Below, one piece after another: positions 38,417-49,400 of a stretch of 64,000 nt of DNA. Each line of letters starts with the position of its first letter. Position 1 is the first letter of the stretch. The notes under the pieces are model-generated. The model made no database searches, had not been told where the DNA came from, and saw nothing but the letters and a program-made list of their open reading frames with translations. The DNA is from Planctomycetota bacterium. GTDB lineage: Bacteria; Planctomycetota; UBA1135; UBA2386. The stretch lies in the NCBI GenBank assembly GCA_965228735.1, contig OZ245838.1, forward strand, positions 3,520,001 through 3,584,000, in the 5' to 3' direction. Both the position numbers and the translations under genes were made by a program.

Positions 38417-39841
38417 CTACGCCAGCAGCTCGCCGCGGACCTTGCCGTGGACGTCGGTCAGGCGGAACGGGCGGCCCTGGAACTTGTAGGTCAGCTGCTC
38501 GTGGTCGAGGCCGAGCTGGTGCAGGATCGTGGCCTGCAGGTCGTGCACGTGGATCGGCGTGTCCGTGATGCGGTAGCCGATGTCGTCGGTCGCGCCGACG
38601 ACCGCGCCGCGCTTGACACCGCCACCTGCCATCAGGATCGAGAAGCAGTGCGGGTGATGATCGCGGCCGAACAGCTTGCTGCCGTTGCGCTTCTCGTTCA
38701 TCGGCGTGCGGCCGAACTCACCGCCCCAGACGACGAGCGTCTCGTCGAGCATCCCGCGCCGGCGCAGGTCGACGATTAGGCCCGCGAGCGCCCGATCGAG
38801 CTCCTTGCTCTTCTTCGGGAACTGCGTCATCAGATCGTCGCGCGGGTTGGTGCCGTGGATGTCCCACCCGGAGTCGAAGAGGTGCACGAAGCGCACGCCA
38901 CGTTCAACGAGTCGGCGCGCGAGCAGGCAGTTGTTCGCGAGTGACGTCTCGCCCGGTTTCGTCCCGTAGAGCTCGTGCACCTCGGGTGGCTCGCTCTCGA
39001 GGTCGACGGCCTCGGGCACCGAACTCTGCATCCGGAACGCGAGCTCGTACTGCGCGATCCGCGTCGCGGTCTCGGGATCGCCGGTGATGGCGAGCCGTTC
39101 GCGGTTGAGGTCGTTGAGGGCCGTGAGGCTGCGCGCACGCCGCGCGCGGTCGTAGCCCTCCGGGTCCTCGAGGTAGAGCACCGGATCGCCGACCGACCGC
39201 AACTCCACGCCCTGGTGCACGGTCGGCGCGAAGCCGGAGCTCCAGAGCGACTTGCCCGCGCTCGGCAGCGTGCCGCCGCTCGTCATCACGACGAACGCGG
39301 GCAGGTCGCGGTTGTCGCTGCCGAGGCCGTACGACACCCAGCTGCCCATCGACGGCCGCCCTGGTCGCGGCGCGCCGGAGAACAGCAGCAGCTCGGCCGG
39401 CGCGTGGTTGAACTCGCCCGTGTGCATCGACCGCACGAGCGTCACGTCGGCCATCTGCTGCGCGAGGTGCGGAAAGTGCTCGCACATCTCGATGCCGTTG
39501 CTCGCCCGGATCCAGCCGTGGCGATGCCCGAGCAGCCGCGGGTGCCCCTTGATGAACGCGAAGCGCTCGCCCGCGAGGAACGAATCGGGACACTTCTCAC
39601 CGTCGAGGCGATCGAGCTCTGGCTTGCGATCGAACATGTCGAGCGTCGGCGGCGCGCCCTCCATGTGCAGGTAGATCACGCTCTTGGCGCGCGCCGGATA
39701 CTGCCGGCGAGTGCCATCGGCGCCGTCGTTCTGCAGCAACGACGCGAGCGCCATGCTGCCGACGGACAACGACGAGTCGCGCAGGAACCAGCGGCGCTGC
39801 AGCCGGCGCAGTGCAGAACGGGAGAGGTCGGCGCCGGTCAT
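38417..39841 (-). CDS. DUF1501 domain protein (Tat-type N-terminus)
   Basis: RRWFL, AKSVIYLHMEGAP...DMFD.KP, PSMGSWVSYGLGS, CLLARRLVERGV, WD.H, GEFGRTP, GRDHHP and RLTDVHG. Confidence 0.93.
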   Translation of the reverse strand: MTGADLSRSALRRLQRRWFLRDSSLSVGSMALASLLQNDGADGTRRQYPARAKSVIYLHMEGAPPTLDMFDRKPELDRLDGEKCPDSFLAGERFAFIKGHPRLLGHRHGWIRASNGIEMCEHFPHLAQQMADVTLVRSMHTGEFNHAPAELLLFSGAPRPGRPSMGSWVSYGLGSDNRDLPAFVVMTSGGTLPSAGKSLWSSGFAPTVHQGVELRSVGDPVLYLEDPEGYDRARRARSLTALNDLNRERLAITGDPETATRIAQYELAFRMQSSVPEAVDLESEPPEVHELYGTKPGETSLANNCLLARRLVERGVRFVHLFDSGWDIHGTNPRDDLMTQFPKKSKELDRALAGLIVDLRRRGMLDETLVVWGGEFGRTPMNEKRNGSKLFGRDHHPHCFSILMAGGGVKRGAVVGATDDIGYRITDTPIHVHDLQATILHQLGLDHEQLTYKFQGRPFRLTDVHGKVRGELLA

Positions 39842-42348
39842 CGCTTGGTCACGAACTCGTCGAGGTTCATCACGACGCTGGCCAGGACGTTCCAGCACAG
39901 CGTCTCGTCCGCGCCCTGGGTGCGCTCCGCCACCGCGAGCGCGAGCAACCGCCGCAGCTCACTGTCCGTCGGTTCGCGCAGCAGGCACTGCCGCCACAAC
40001 CACCGCACCCGGTCCGCCCCACCTTCGGGCACCGCCTCGCGCGCGCGCGCTGCAAGGGCGACCGCGGCCTCGTGGAACTGCGGGTCGTTCCACATCACGA
40101 GCGCCTGCAGCGGCGTGTTGGTGCGTTGCCGGCGCAACACGCAGAACTCCCGCGTCTGCGCGTCGAGCAACATCATCGCCGGGTGCGGACTCAACCGCCG
40201 CCAGAACGTGTAGAGCGATCGGCGATACCGGTCTTCGTCCGTCGCCGTCTGCCACTTCGCGCCGCTGTAGATCTGCTGCCAGACGCCGTCGGGTTGCGGC
40301 GGCATCACGCTCGGGCCGAAGCGCTTCCGGCTCAGCAACCCGCTGACCGCGAGCGCCTGATCGCGCAACAGCTCGCCGTTGAGCCGGAACGCCGGGCCGC
40401 GCGCGAGCCACACGTTCTCCGGGTCCTGCTCCTGCTGCGTCGTCGAACGGTCCGAACTGCGGCCGTACGTCTCTGACAGCACGATCGTCCGCAGCAGTCG
40501 CTTGAGCGACCAATCGACACGGACGAACTCGTCTCCCAGCCAGTCGAGCAGTTCGGGATGCGAACAGGGCTCGCCCTGACTGCCGAAGTCCTCGAGCGTC
40601 GGCACGAGACCGCGACCGAACAGCTCCGCCCAGATGCGATTGGCGACCACCTTGGCCGTGCGCGGGTTGTCGGGCGACAACAGCCAGCGCGCGAAGCCGA
40701 GTCGGTTCTTCGGCAGTTCATCGGCCATCGGTGGCCAGCACGCGGGCGTGTGCGGCTCGACCTCTTCGCCCGGCGTGAGGAAGCTGCCGCGCAGCAGCAG
40801 CCGCGTCGTGCGCTGCTCGTCGGCCGGCAGCTCCTGCATCACGGGCACGGCCGGGCCACGCGTGTCGGCGAGCTCGCGCTCGGCGGCCGCGATCCGCGCG
40901 CGCACCGCATCGAACTCGGGCGCGAGCTCGACGACACGATCCCGCAAGGCGGCGAGCGCCGCCGCCGACGCTTCGGATTCACTCGCGAGCCGTCGCTCGA
41001 GTTCAGAACCGAGGCGCGTCGCGCGCAGGTCGAAGTAGAACCCGCCCGGACCGCCGCCGTTGCTGACCTTGAGCAACAGCTCGTTGCGACCGGGCCGCAG
41101 GTCGACCTCGACCAGCTCCTGGTCCGCCCGCGCACCGCGCGCCACGCGGTTGTCGAGCACGGACTCGCCGTTCCACCACACCTTGATCGCGTCGTCGCTG
41201 CCGAGCGACAGGACCGCGGTCGCGGCCTGCTTAGCCGTCAGCGTCCGATGCAGATAGAACGCGCTCTCGTTGCCCTGCCAGGTGTGCACCTTGCCGTCGA
41301 CGAGGTCGGGGCGTGCCTGCCAGCGCGTGCCATCCTGCACGTCGTCGAGCCGAACGCCGTCCCGCTCCGCGGCGAACTCCGTCGCATGCGCGGCGTCGAA
41401 CGACGCCGCCTTCACCGGACCGAGCAGATGCCAGTCCGATGACTCGACGTCGGCCGCCGCAAGACGAACGATCGCGGCCCGCAGCCCCGCGGCCATGCGC
41501 TCGACGCGGACATCGTCCACCACGAGCGTCGCGCGCAGTTCCGCGATCTCGGCCTCGAGTTCCTGCGCGCGCTCACGCTCCGCTGCGCTCGCCACGTTCA
41601 GCAGCGGAGCGTCGTTGCCTTTGTCCGAGTCCCCGGTCTGGTTGAAGAACGCGTAGATCCCGAAGAACTCGCGCTGCGAGATCGGGTCGTACTTGTGATC
41701 GTGACACTGCGCACAGCCGACCGTCGCGCCCATCCACACCGACATCGTCGTGTCGACCCGGTCGATCACCGCGGCCGTCCGGAACTCCTCATCGTCGGTG
41801 CCGCCCTCGGTGTTCGTCATCGTGTTGCGATGGAACGCCGTCGCGAGCTGCTGCTCGACCGTCGCGTTCGGCAACAGGTCGCCGGCGAGCTGCGTGATCG
41901 AGAACTCGTCGAACGGCAGGTCGCGCTGCAGCGCGTCGATCACCCAATCGCGATAGCGCCACATGGTTCGGCGCAACCCGTCCTTCTCGTAGCCCTGCGA
42001 GTCCGCGTAACGGGCGAGGTCGAGCCACCACGTGGCCCACCGTTCGCCGTAGGCCGGATCAGCGAGCAGCCGATCGACGACGCGACCGCGGGCGCCCGGC
42101 CGATCGTCGGCGAGGAACGCATCGAGTTGCGCCGGCGTCGGCGGCAGGCCGATCAGGTCGAGGCTGACCCGCCGAAGCCAGGTTCCCGGATCGGCCGCGC
42201 CGTTGGCCGAGAGGCCGCGACGAGTCAGCTCCAGCTGCACGAGCTCGTCGATCGCCCCGCCACTGTTTTGCGCTCGAGCGCAACCCAGCGGCAGCGCCGC
42301 GACGAAGGCGGCGAGCAGGACGGTAGAACGCGCAACGGAACGGGGCAC
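39838..42348 (-). CDS. PSD1/PSCyt2 (DUF1549 + DUF1553) domain protein with an inserted beta-sandwich
   Basis: LRRVSLDLIGLPPT, YGERWA..WLDLARYADS.G, CAQCHDHKYDPI, NPRTA.V..NR.W, HPELLDWL and NTPLQAL. GTG start at 42348. Confidence 0.92.
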   Translation of the reverse strand: MPRSVARSTVLLAAFVAALPLGCARAQNSGGAIDELVQLELTRRGLSANGAADPGTWLRRVSLDLIGLPPTPAQLDAFLADDRPGARGRVVDRLLADPAYGERWATWWLDLARYADSQGYEKDGLRRTMWRYRDWVIDALQRDLPFDEFSITQLAGDLLPNATVEQQLATAFHRNTMTNTEGGTDDEEFRTAAVIDRVDTTMSVWMGATVGCAQCHDHKYDPISQREFFGIYAFFNQTGDSDKGNDAPLLNVASAAERERAQELEAEIAELRATLVVDDVRVERMAAGLRAAIVRLAAADVESSDWHLLGPVKAASFDAAHATEFAAERDGVRLDDVQDGTRWQARPDLVDGKVHTWQGNESAFYLHRTLTAKQAATAVLSLGSDDAIKVWWNGESVLDNRVARGARADQELVEVDLRPGRNELLLKVSNGGGPGGFYFDLRATRLGSELERRLASESEASAAALAALRDRVVELAPEFDAVRARIAAAERELADTRGPAVPVMQELPADEQRTTRLLLRGSFLTPGEEVEPHTPACWPPMADELPKNRLGFARWLLSPDNPRTAKVVANRIWAELFGRGLVPTLEDFGSQGEPCSHPELLDWLGDEFVRVDWSLKRLLRTIVLSETYGRSSDRSTTQQEQDPENVWLARGPAFRLNGELLRDQALAVSGLLSRKRFGPSVMPPQPDGVWQQIYSGAKWQTATDEDRYRRSLYTFWRRLSPHPAMMLLDAQTREFCVLRRQRTNTPLQALVMWNDPQFHEAAVALAARAREAVPEGGADRVRWLWRQCLLREPTDSELRRLLALAVAERTQGADETLCWNVLASVVMNLDEFVTKR

Positions 42349-42619
42349 GCGAGCATTGTGCCCGACTCGTTCGGCGCAGCAACGGGGCGCCGCGCCAACC
42401 CTGAATTCGATGCGGGCCCGCCGGGCCGAACACGCATTCCAGCTGGTGCTTTGAGTGTGCATGGCCCCTCAAGCCATACGGCGACGTCGGACTTCGATCA
42501 TAAATAGATGAAGGGAAATAAGTTGAGACCCACTTGCCCCGAACGCGCCAAAACGGCGATTGCGGTGTCGGGTCGGCCGCGTTCCTGACGGCTCCTCGTC
42601 GCCGCCACTCGCCTCTCGC

Positions 42620-43942
42620 ATGGTCGTCCTCCACGTCATCGTCTCCCGCCCCGACGGGCAGGCCCGAAAGCGCGAACTCGTCTTCGAGCTCGCCCCCGGT
42701 CAGGAGCTGCGCTTCGGCCGGCACCCGGAGAACGACATCGCGATCGAGGACGCGGAGAAGAAGGTGTCGAGCCGGCACGGCGTCATCCGCTGTACGAGCA
42801 ACGACGCGCTGCAGATCAGCGACATCGGCAGCCTCAACGGCACGAGCCTCAACGGCACGCCGCTGGCCCAGGGCGCCGCCGCCATGCTGTCGCACGGCGA
42901 TGTCGCGACGCTCGGCGACTTCGAACTCCGGGTCCAGCTGCCGACGAGCACCCCGTCGGGCGGTGGGTTGCAGCCCGGAGCGGACCGCCTGACGCGCGCT
43001 CCCGAAGGTCCGGAGGGCGCGGCAGCAGCCGGCGCCGCGGCCGGCGGCAGCGGGGCGGTCTCCGAGCTCGATCGTCGCGCCGCGCAGGCCGCGGCTTCGC
43101 TCGAGCAGATCTACGAGCGGCAACTCGACGCGCCCGGGGCCGCGCGGGCCGAACTCCTGCAGAACGCGATCCGGTCCGCGACGGCCGACCTGCCCGCAAC
43201 GGAAGCGGTCACGCTCCTGCGGCAGCTGGCCAACCACTACGCCGATCTGCCCGCCGATGCGATCCCGGCAGCTCCCGCGGCGCCTGCTCGACCCGCGCGA
43301 GCGCAATCGGCGGGCGGCGCCAACGCGACGCTCGGCGCCCTGCAGGAGTTCGCCAGCAAGTACGTGCCCGACCGACCGCTCGCGACCGGCAACGACGTCG
43401 AACGGTTTCTCGAGCTGTTGAGTGGGCTCAGCGAGTCGCTGCTGCGCTGGCTGGCGCGCGGGATCCAGAGCCGGGCGGTGTTCGCCGATGAGTTCGGCGC
43501 CGAGGTCACGCTGATGTTCCAGCGCAGCAACAACCCGCTGAAGGCGATGTCCGAGCCGGAGCTGTGCAAGTACCTGCTCGACTGGGGCGCGCAGACGAGC
43601 GTGGACGAACGCAAACACTACCTCGACGCCGTGCTGAAGGACCTCGCCGAACACCAGCTCGGCGTGCTCGCCGGCGTGCGCGAGACGGTCATGCACGTGC
43701 TGGGCCGCGTGTCGCCCGAACGCGTGATGTCGCTCGCCGAGCAGGACGGCGGCTGGTCGCTCGGCAGCAAGCAGGCCAAGGCCTGGACCAAGTTCGAACA
43801 GCTCTATCAGGAGCTCGTCGAGGAGCGCGACAAGCTCTTCGACGAGGTGATCTCGCCCGCGATCCAGCAGGGCTATCTGCAGCAACACGGAGTCGACCGC
43901 CCCGCGGACGGCAAGTCTCCGAACCCGGACGAATCGAGATGA
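42620..43942 (+). CDS. tagH: T6SS FHA-domain protein (Fha/TagH)
   Basis: FHA motifs GR, VSSRH and GSLNGT; C-terminal NNPLK...DL..HQ...LAG...SPE...W..F...Y typical of TagH. Confidence 0.9.
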   Translation: MVVLHVIVSRPDGQARKRELVFELAPGQELRFGRHPENDIAIEDAEKKVSSRHGVIRCTSNDALQISDIGSLNGTSLNGTPLAQGAAAMLSHGDVATLGDFELRVQLPTSTPSGGGLQPGADRLTRAPEGPEGAAAAGAAAGGSGAVSELDRRAAQAAASLEQIYERQLDAPGAARAELLQNAIRSATADLPATEAVTLLRQLANHYADLPADAIPAAPAAPARPARAQSAGGANATLGALQEFASKYVPDRPLATGNDVERFLELLSGLSESLLRWLARGIQSRAVFADEFGAEVTLMFQRSNNPLKAMSEPELCKYLLDWGAQTSVDERKHYLDAVLKDLAEHQLGVLAGVRETVMHVLGRVSPERVMSLAEQDGGWSLGSKQAKAWTKFEQLYQELVEERDKLFDEVISPAIQQGYLQQHGVDRPADGKSPNPDESR

Positions 43943-44415
43943 TCAGACCCCACATCCGACTCTTGCCCGCGCTCGCCGGGCTGCTCGCCGGCCTGCTGAG
44001 CACCGCGTGCGCCAGCGGGCCGTACACGGCCAGGCTCTTGACCCAGGGCGGCCCGCGCCTCAACCCGACGTTCGACGACGAGCCGAGCGCCGTGAACATC
44101 CGCGTGCTGCCGCTCATCGACCGCGAGGCGTTCGACAACGCCGAGAACGACGAGCTCGAGGCGGAAGAACCGAAGCTGCCGGCCAACGCGTGGGAGCCGC
44201 CGCACAAGGAAGCGGTCGTCTACGTCGGCAAGCAGGCGATGGTCGAGGTGACGGTCAAACCCAAGGTCAAGTTCCTCGGCATCTACGGTATCTTCAACGA
44301 GGCGACGGGTGAGAACCGGCTCGTCGTGAGCGTCGACGACATCGCCGACAAGAAGCTCGTGTTCGACAACTTCGCGATCCAGCTGCAGGACCGCCAAGAG
44401 GGGGACGTCGAGTAG
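43939..44415 (+). CDS. tssJ: T6SS outer-membrane lipoprotein TssJ
   Basis: Lipobox LSTAC; LNP.....SAV.IRV..L....F; position immediately before tssK. Confidence 0.8.
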   Translation: MIRPHIRLLPALAGLLAGLLSTACASGPYTARLLTQGGPRLNPTFDDEPSAVNIRVLPLIDREAFDNAENDELEAEEPKLPANAWEPPHKEAVVYVGKQAMVEVTVKPKVKFLGIYGIFNEATGENRLVVSVDDIADKKLVFDNFAIQLQDRQEGDVE

Positions 44416-45737
44416 TGACGGAGGACCGCAGAGTCGTCTGGGACGAGGGCATGATGCTCTCGCCGCAGCACTTCCAGCAGCTCGAACGCTGGGTCCACGC
44501 CGAGGTGCGCGGTCACACCGGCGCCGCGACTTCGTTCGGCTACGGCTTCACGGCGCTCGAATTCGACCAGGGCGCGCTCGCCGGCGGCCAGATCGCGGTG
44601 ACGCACTGCGCCGGGATCCTGCAGGACGGGACGGCCTTCGACTGCCCGGGGCGCGATCCGTTGCCCGCCGCGCGCGACGCGGTCACGGCGATCGGCGAGC
44701 GCCAGGCGCTGACGGTGTTCCTCGCGCTGCCCGAGGTCACGCCGGGCGCGTCCGCGTTCACGGACGGCGACGGACTCGCGCCGTTCACGACGCGCCGCGA
44801 ACGGCTCACCGATCTCAACCGGCCCGAATCGGCGCGCGAGATCGGCACCGCGAGCCTGCGCCTCGAGCTGCGCTTCGAGGGCGAATCGATGGCCGGCTAC
44901 CGCACGATCCCGATCGCGCGGCTCACGGCCGGTGCCGGCGGCGGGGTTTCGCCGAGTTCGGACTTCATGCCGCCCGCCGTGCGCGTCGCGGCGGCGCCGA
45001 TCGTCACGTCGGTGCTGCGTCAGGTCCTCGGCATGGTGTCGCAGAAGTGGAACGAGCTCGCGGGCAAGCGGCGCGGCGGCGGTGGCGGCATGGCCGAGTC
45101 GGCCGGCATCCTGTTGCTGCACACGGTCGGCGAGAACCTGCCGCTCCTGCGCCACTGCCTCGATCACGGCGCGACCCCGCCCGTCACGGCGCACCTCTGC
45201 CTCGGGCGACTCATGGCGCAGCTCTGCACGTTCCACGGCAGCAAGAGCCCGATGGACGTGCCCGGCTACGTGCACGACAACGCCGGGCCGGGGTTCGCGC
45301 AGCTCGCCGAGGGTCTGCAGGAGCTGCTCGGCGACGCCGCGCCGAGCCGCTGCGCCGAGCTGCCGATCGAACGCGAGGGCGAGACGATGTTCGCCGCGAA
45401 GATCCCGTCGCCCGACATGCTGACGAGCAACCGGCTGTTCCTCGCGGTGCGCGCCGACGCGCCCGAGGAGGAGGTGCAGACGCGCTTCCCGACGCTGGTG
45501 AAGATCTCGTCGAAGGACCGGATCCAGGAGCTCCTGATCCGCGCCGTCCCCGGTCTGCCCGTGCGCGTCGTGCCGCAGCCGCCGCCCGCCATCCCGGTGC
45601 AGTCCGGCCGCAGCTACTTCGCGCTCGAACCCACGGGCGAGCACTGGGAGGCGATCACGGCCTCGCTCACGCTCGCGATCCACGCCTCGCCGGGTCTCGC
45701 CCAGCTGCACATCGAACTCCTCGCCGTCAAGGAATGA
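44415..45737 (+). CDS. tssK: T6SS baseplate subunit TssK
   Basis: VVWDEGMMLSPQHFQQ, F.PP, Y.HD....F and A.PGL......PP.IP...G..YF.L. Confidence 0.93.
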   Translation: MTEDRRVVWDEGMMLSPQHFQQLERWVHAEVRGHTGAATSFGYGFTALEFDQGALAGGQIAVTHCAGILQDGTAFDCPGRDPLPAARDAVTAIGERQALTVFLALPEVTPGASAFTDGDGLAPFTTRRERLTDLNRPESAREIGTASLRLELRFEGESMAGYRTIPIARLTAGAGGGVSPSSDFMPPAVRVAAAPIVTSVLRQVLGMVSQKWNELAGKRRGGGGGMAESAGILLLHTVGENLPLLRHCLDHGATPPVTAHLCLGRLMAQLCTFHGSKSPMDVPGYVHDNAGPGFAQLAEGLQELLGDAAPSRCAELPIEREGETMFAAKIPSPDMLTSNRLFLAVRADAPEEEVQTRFPTLVKISSKDRIQELLIRAVPGLPVRVVPQPPPAIPVQSGRSYFALEPTGEHWEAITASLTLAIHASPGLAQLHIELLAVKE

Positions 45738-46426
45738 GCTCACCCGCATCCACGAGCCCGGGCTCCGGGCAGCGTCTCGCCGATCTCGCGGCCGAGGTGT
45801 TCGCGTTCGCGCTCAACCTCAAGGCCGCGAAGGATCCGGGCGACGCCGAGGTCCTGCGGCAGTCGATCGGCGGTCTGTTCGAGAAGTTCGCCGAGCGCGC
45901 GCGCGCGGCCGGGAAGGACTCGACCGAGATCGACCAGGTCCGCTATGCGCTGTGCGCGCTGCTCGACGAGATCGTCTTCAGCTCCAAGTGGGAGCTCAAG
46001 ACGGCGTGGATGTCGCAGCCGCTGCAGATGATCTACTTCAACGACTTCACGGCCGGGGAGCAGTTCTACACGCGGCTCGAGGAGCTGCGCGGCAAGCCCG
46101 GGCAGATCGACATCGTCGAGGTCTACGCGCAGTGCCTCGCCGTCGGCTTCCGCGGCAAGTTCGGCGACCTCGCCGGCATGCAGAAGATCGCGGACCTGCT
46201 CGACCAGCTCAACCGCGAGATCCGCGAGGCCCGGGGGCGCACGGACGGCAAGCTGTCGAAGTCGTTCCAGCGCGAGGCCGCGTTGCCGCAGGCGGTGAAG
46301 CGCGTGCCCGTGTGGATCGTCGCTGCGGGTGGTGCTGCGCTGCTGCTCGTCCTGCTGTTCGTCCTCGACGCGATCCTCGCGTCGCAGGCCGCGACGTTCC
46401 TCGCTACCGGCAAGGGAGGCCAGTGA
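45734..46426 (+). CDS. tssL: T6SS membrane subunit TssL (DotU), no OmpA domain
   Basis: RYALCALLDE, W...PLQ..YF....AGE.F...L and CL..GF.GK; single C-terminal TM. Confidence 0.93.
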   Translation: MSSPASTSPGSGQRLADLAAEVFAFALNLKAAKDPGDAEVLRQSIGGLFEKFAERARAAGKDSTEIDQVRYALCALLDEIVFSSKWELKTAWMSQPLQMIYFNDFTAGEQFYTRLEELRGKPGQIDIVEVYAQCLAVGFRGKFGDLAGMQKIADLLDQLNREIREARGRTDGKLSKSFQREAALPQAVKRVPVWIVAAGGAALLLVLLFVLDAILASQAATFLATGKGGQ

Positions 46427-49400
46427 TGCAGAAGATCCTCGGCTACCTGCTGACGCCGCCCGTGCCGCACATCCTCGGGCTCGTGCTGCTGTCGGTCGTG
46501 ATCTGGTTCGGTGGCCGCGCGCTCGAGAGCTGGCTCGGGCTCTCCGACTCGGCGCTGCTGCTGATCATCGGCGGCGTGTGGCTGCTCGCCGGCCTCGTGT
46601 GGGTCTGGCGCCGCTACCAGGCGAGCAAGCGCGCGCGGCTCATCGAGGACCGGCTCCGCGGCCAGGCTCGCGAGCACAAGGAGGCCGCGCGGCCGGACCG
46701 TCGCAAGGACATCGAGGCGCTCGAGCAACAGCTCAGCGGTGCGCTCGACGCGCTCAAGACGTCCAAGATGGGCAAGAGCGCGCTGTACTCGCTGCCGTGG
46801 TACGTGATCATCGGGCCGCCCGGCTCGGGCAAGACGACGCTGCTGCGCGAGTCCGGGCTCAACTTCCCGGAGCTGTCACACGGCCGCGGCGTGCGCGGCG
46901 TCGGCGGCACGCGCAATTGCGACTGGTGGTTCACCGACTCGGGCATCCTGCTCGACACCGCGGGCCGCTACACGACCGAGTCAGAGGATCGCGACGAGTG
47001 GCTCGCGTTCCTCGACATGATCAAGAAGGCACGCAGCAAGAAGCCGATCAACGGCGCAGTGATCGCGATCAGCATCGCCGACATCGTGCAGGCGGGCGAC
47101 GAGCAGCTCGCCGACCACTGCCGCAAGATCAAGGAGCGCATCGCCGAGCTCACCGACAAGCTCGAGCTCGTCTTCCCGGTCTACCTGCTGTTCACCAAGT
47201 GTGACCTGCTCGACGGCTTCGTCGAGTTCTTCGGCAGCTACACCAAGCAGGAGCGCTCGCAGGTCTGGGGCTTCACGCTGCCCTACCTCGAGAAGGATCC
47301 GCAGCCGCTCGGCCAACGCTTTCGCACCGAGTTCGACGAGCTGCACACGCGGCTCAGCGCGCAGCGCCTCCAGCACCTCGGCAAGGCCAAGAGCAAGACC
47401 AAGCAGCGCAAGGTGTTCTCCTTCCCGCTGCAGTTCCAGCTCGCGCGCGACAAGGTCGCCGCGTTCGTCGAACAGCTCGTGCAGGACAACCCCTACCACG
47501 AGAGCTCGGACGTCCGCGGGTTCTACTTCACGTCGGGCACGCAGGAAGGGCAGCCCCTCGATCAGATCCTGGCGAGCATGCGGTCGGCATCCGGCCTCGA
47601 AGCGGCGGACGAACCCGAGGTGTCGCAGCCCGAGGTATCGCAGCCCGAGGTATCGCAGGTCGAGGTATCGAAGAAGGCCTACTTCATCGACGAGCTGTTC
47701 CAGGACATCGTGTTCCCGGACCACGACCTCGCGCGTTCGTCGGCCAAGGCGGAGAAGCGCCGGGAGCTGATCCGGAAGGTCTCCATGATCGGCTCGGTCG
47801 CCGCGACGTTCATCGTCATGGTGCTGCTGTTCGTCGCCTACGCCGGCCACAGCAGCCTCATCGACCGCAGCATGCGCGTCTACACCGAGGCGAGCGCGTT
47901 CGACCCGAAGGACCCCGAGCACCTGCGCCGCGAGGAACAGCGCGCCGGCGACGGCGGCGGTCCGTTCGAGCAGCTGCGGGTCCTGTTCGAAGAGCTCCGC
48001 GCCGACTTCAACACGATCGACAGCTACCTCCTCGGCCAGACCAACAACCTCTACACCAAGCGCATCCGTCCGCTCTACGTCGAGAAGGTCATCACGACGT
48101 TCGTCGAGCCGATCCAGAACAAGCTCGAGACGCAGCTCAAGCAGGCGATCGAACTCGGTAAGCGGGGCGAGTTCACGCGCGCGATGGCCAAGGAGACGGA
48201 CCATCGTCTCACCGGCTACAAGATGCTCGGCGGACTGCAGCGTTTCGACCGCGAGTTCCTCGGCGAGGACTTCCTCGTGCGCGACCGGCGCTGGACCTGG
48301 CGACCCGGCGAGGAGGTCCCGGCGTGCTTCGAGCACCTCACCACCTACGTCCAGTTCGTCATCGGCACGACCTTCAAGGACTGGGCCTACATCAACGACC
48401 GCAGCCTCATCCCCGAGGCCGCCGAGCTCGTGAACGCGGAGGACATCCTCGGCCAGCGCCTGAAGGAGGTCGTGCTCGAACAGGGCCAGGGCGAACAGGT
48501 CCCGCTCACGGAGCTGATCGGCCCGACGCCGGCCGCGAGCCTGCTCGCGCCGACCGGCGTGCAGCGCGCGTGGGTCGACGGCGGCCCGAGCGAAGAAGCC
48601 CTCGAGAAGAAGGGCGAGCTCATCGGCGGCGACGAAGGCGCCGAGGCGATGAAGACGCGCGCGCGGCAGGAGGCGATCAACACCTGGAAGGGCGTTCTCG
48701 CGACGATGAAGCCCGACCCGAAGCCGAACGTGCGCGACGCGATGCGCGACCTCATCGAGCTCACGGGCGAGAACAACCCGTACATCGGCACCTACACGCT
48801 CGCGTGCTCCAAGCTGCGCGCCCTCAAGCTCGAGTGCGAGCCGGGCGACCTGACGTGGTTCGAGAACACGCTCGCCGAGATCGCCAAACTCGAAGAGGTC
48901 ACGAAGACGCTCTACGAGTCCGGCCCCCACCTCCGACGCATCGTGCCCGCGGCCCAGAAGGGTGCGGCGGGACCGATCGAGCAGATCCGCGTCGAGTACT
49001 TCCGCGTGCGCAGCAACATCGAGGAGAACGTGCGGGCCTACGCCGCCGAACCGCTCCGCGACTCGACGCAGATCGCGCTCACGCACCTCGTGGATTCGCT
49101 GCAGTACGCGATCGCGCGCGAGATCGAGCAGGAGGTCAACCAGGTCTGGGACGGCGGCATCGGCAAGGACCTGCGCGAGTTCTCGCAGCAGTTCCCGTTC
49201 AAGAGCGACACTGATGCCAACGCGAGCACGGCGGACTTCAACGCGATCTTCAGCAAGGGCGGCCGCTTCGACGAGGCGTGGATCTGGATCGATTACCTCG
49301 CGACCACCGCGCGCGATTTCGGCTACGCGCGCCTGGCCGACGAGTTCCAGGCCGACCGCGAGTTCGTCGCACGGATCCAGGAGGCGCTCTTCACGACCGG

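Noticed and set aside
42535..42550. Sigma-54-like GG-N10-GC (TGGCGCGTTCGGGGCA) on the minus strand
   Set aside because: Lacks the TT before GC, points away from the T6SS, and is easily a chance match in GC-rich DNA.
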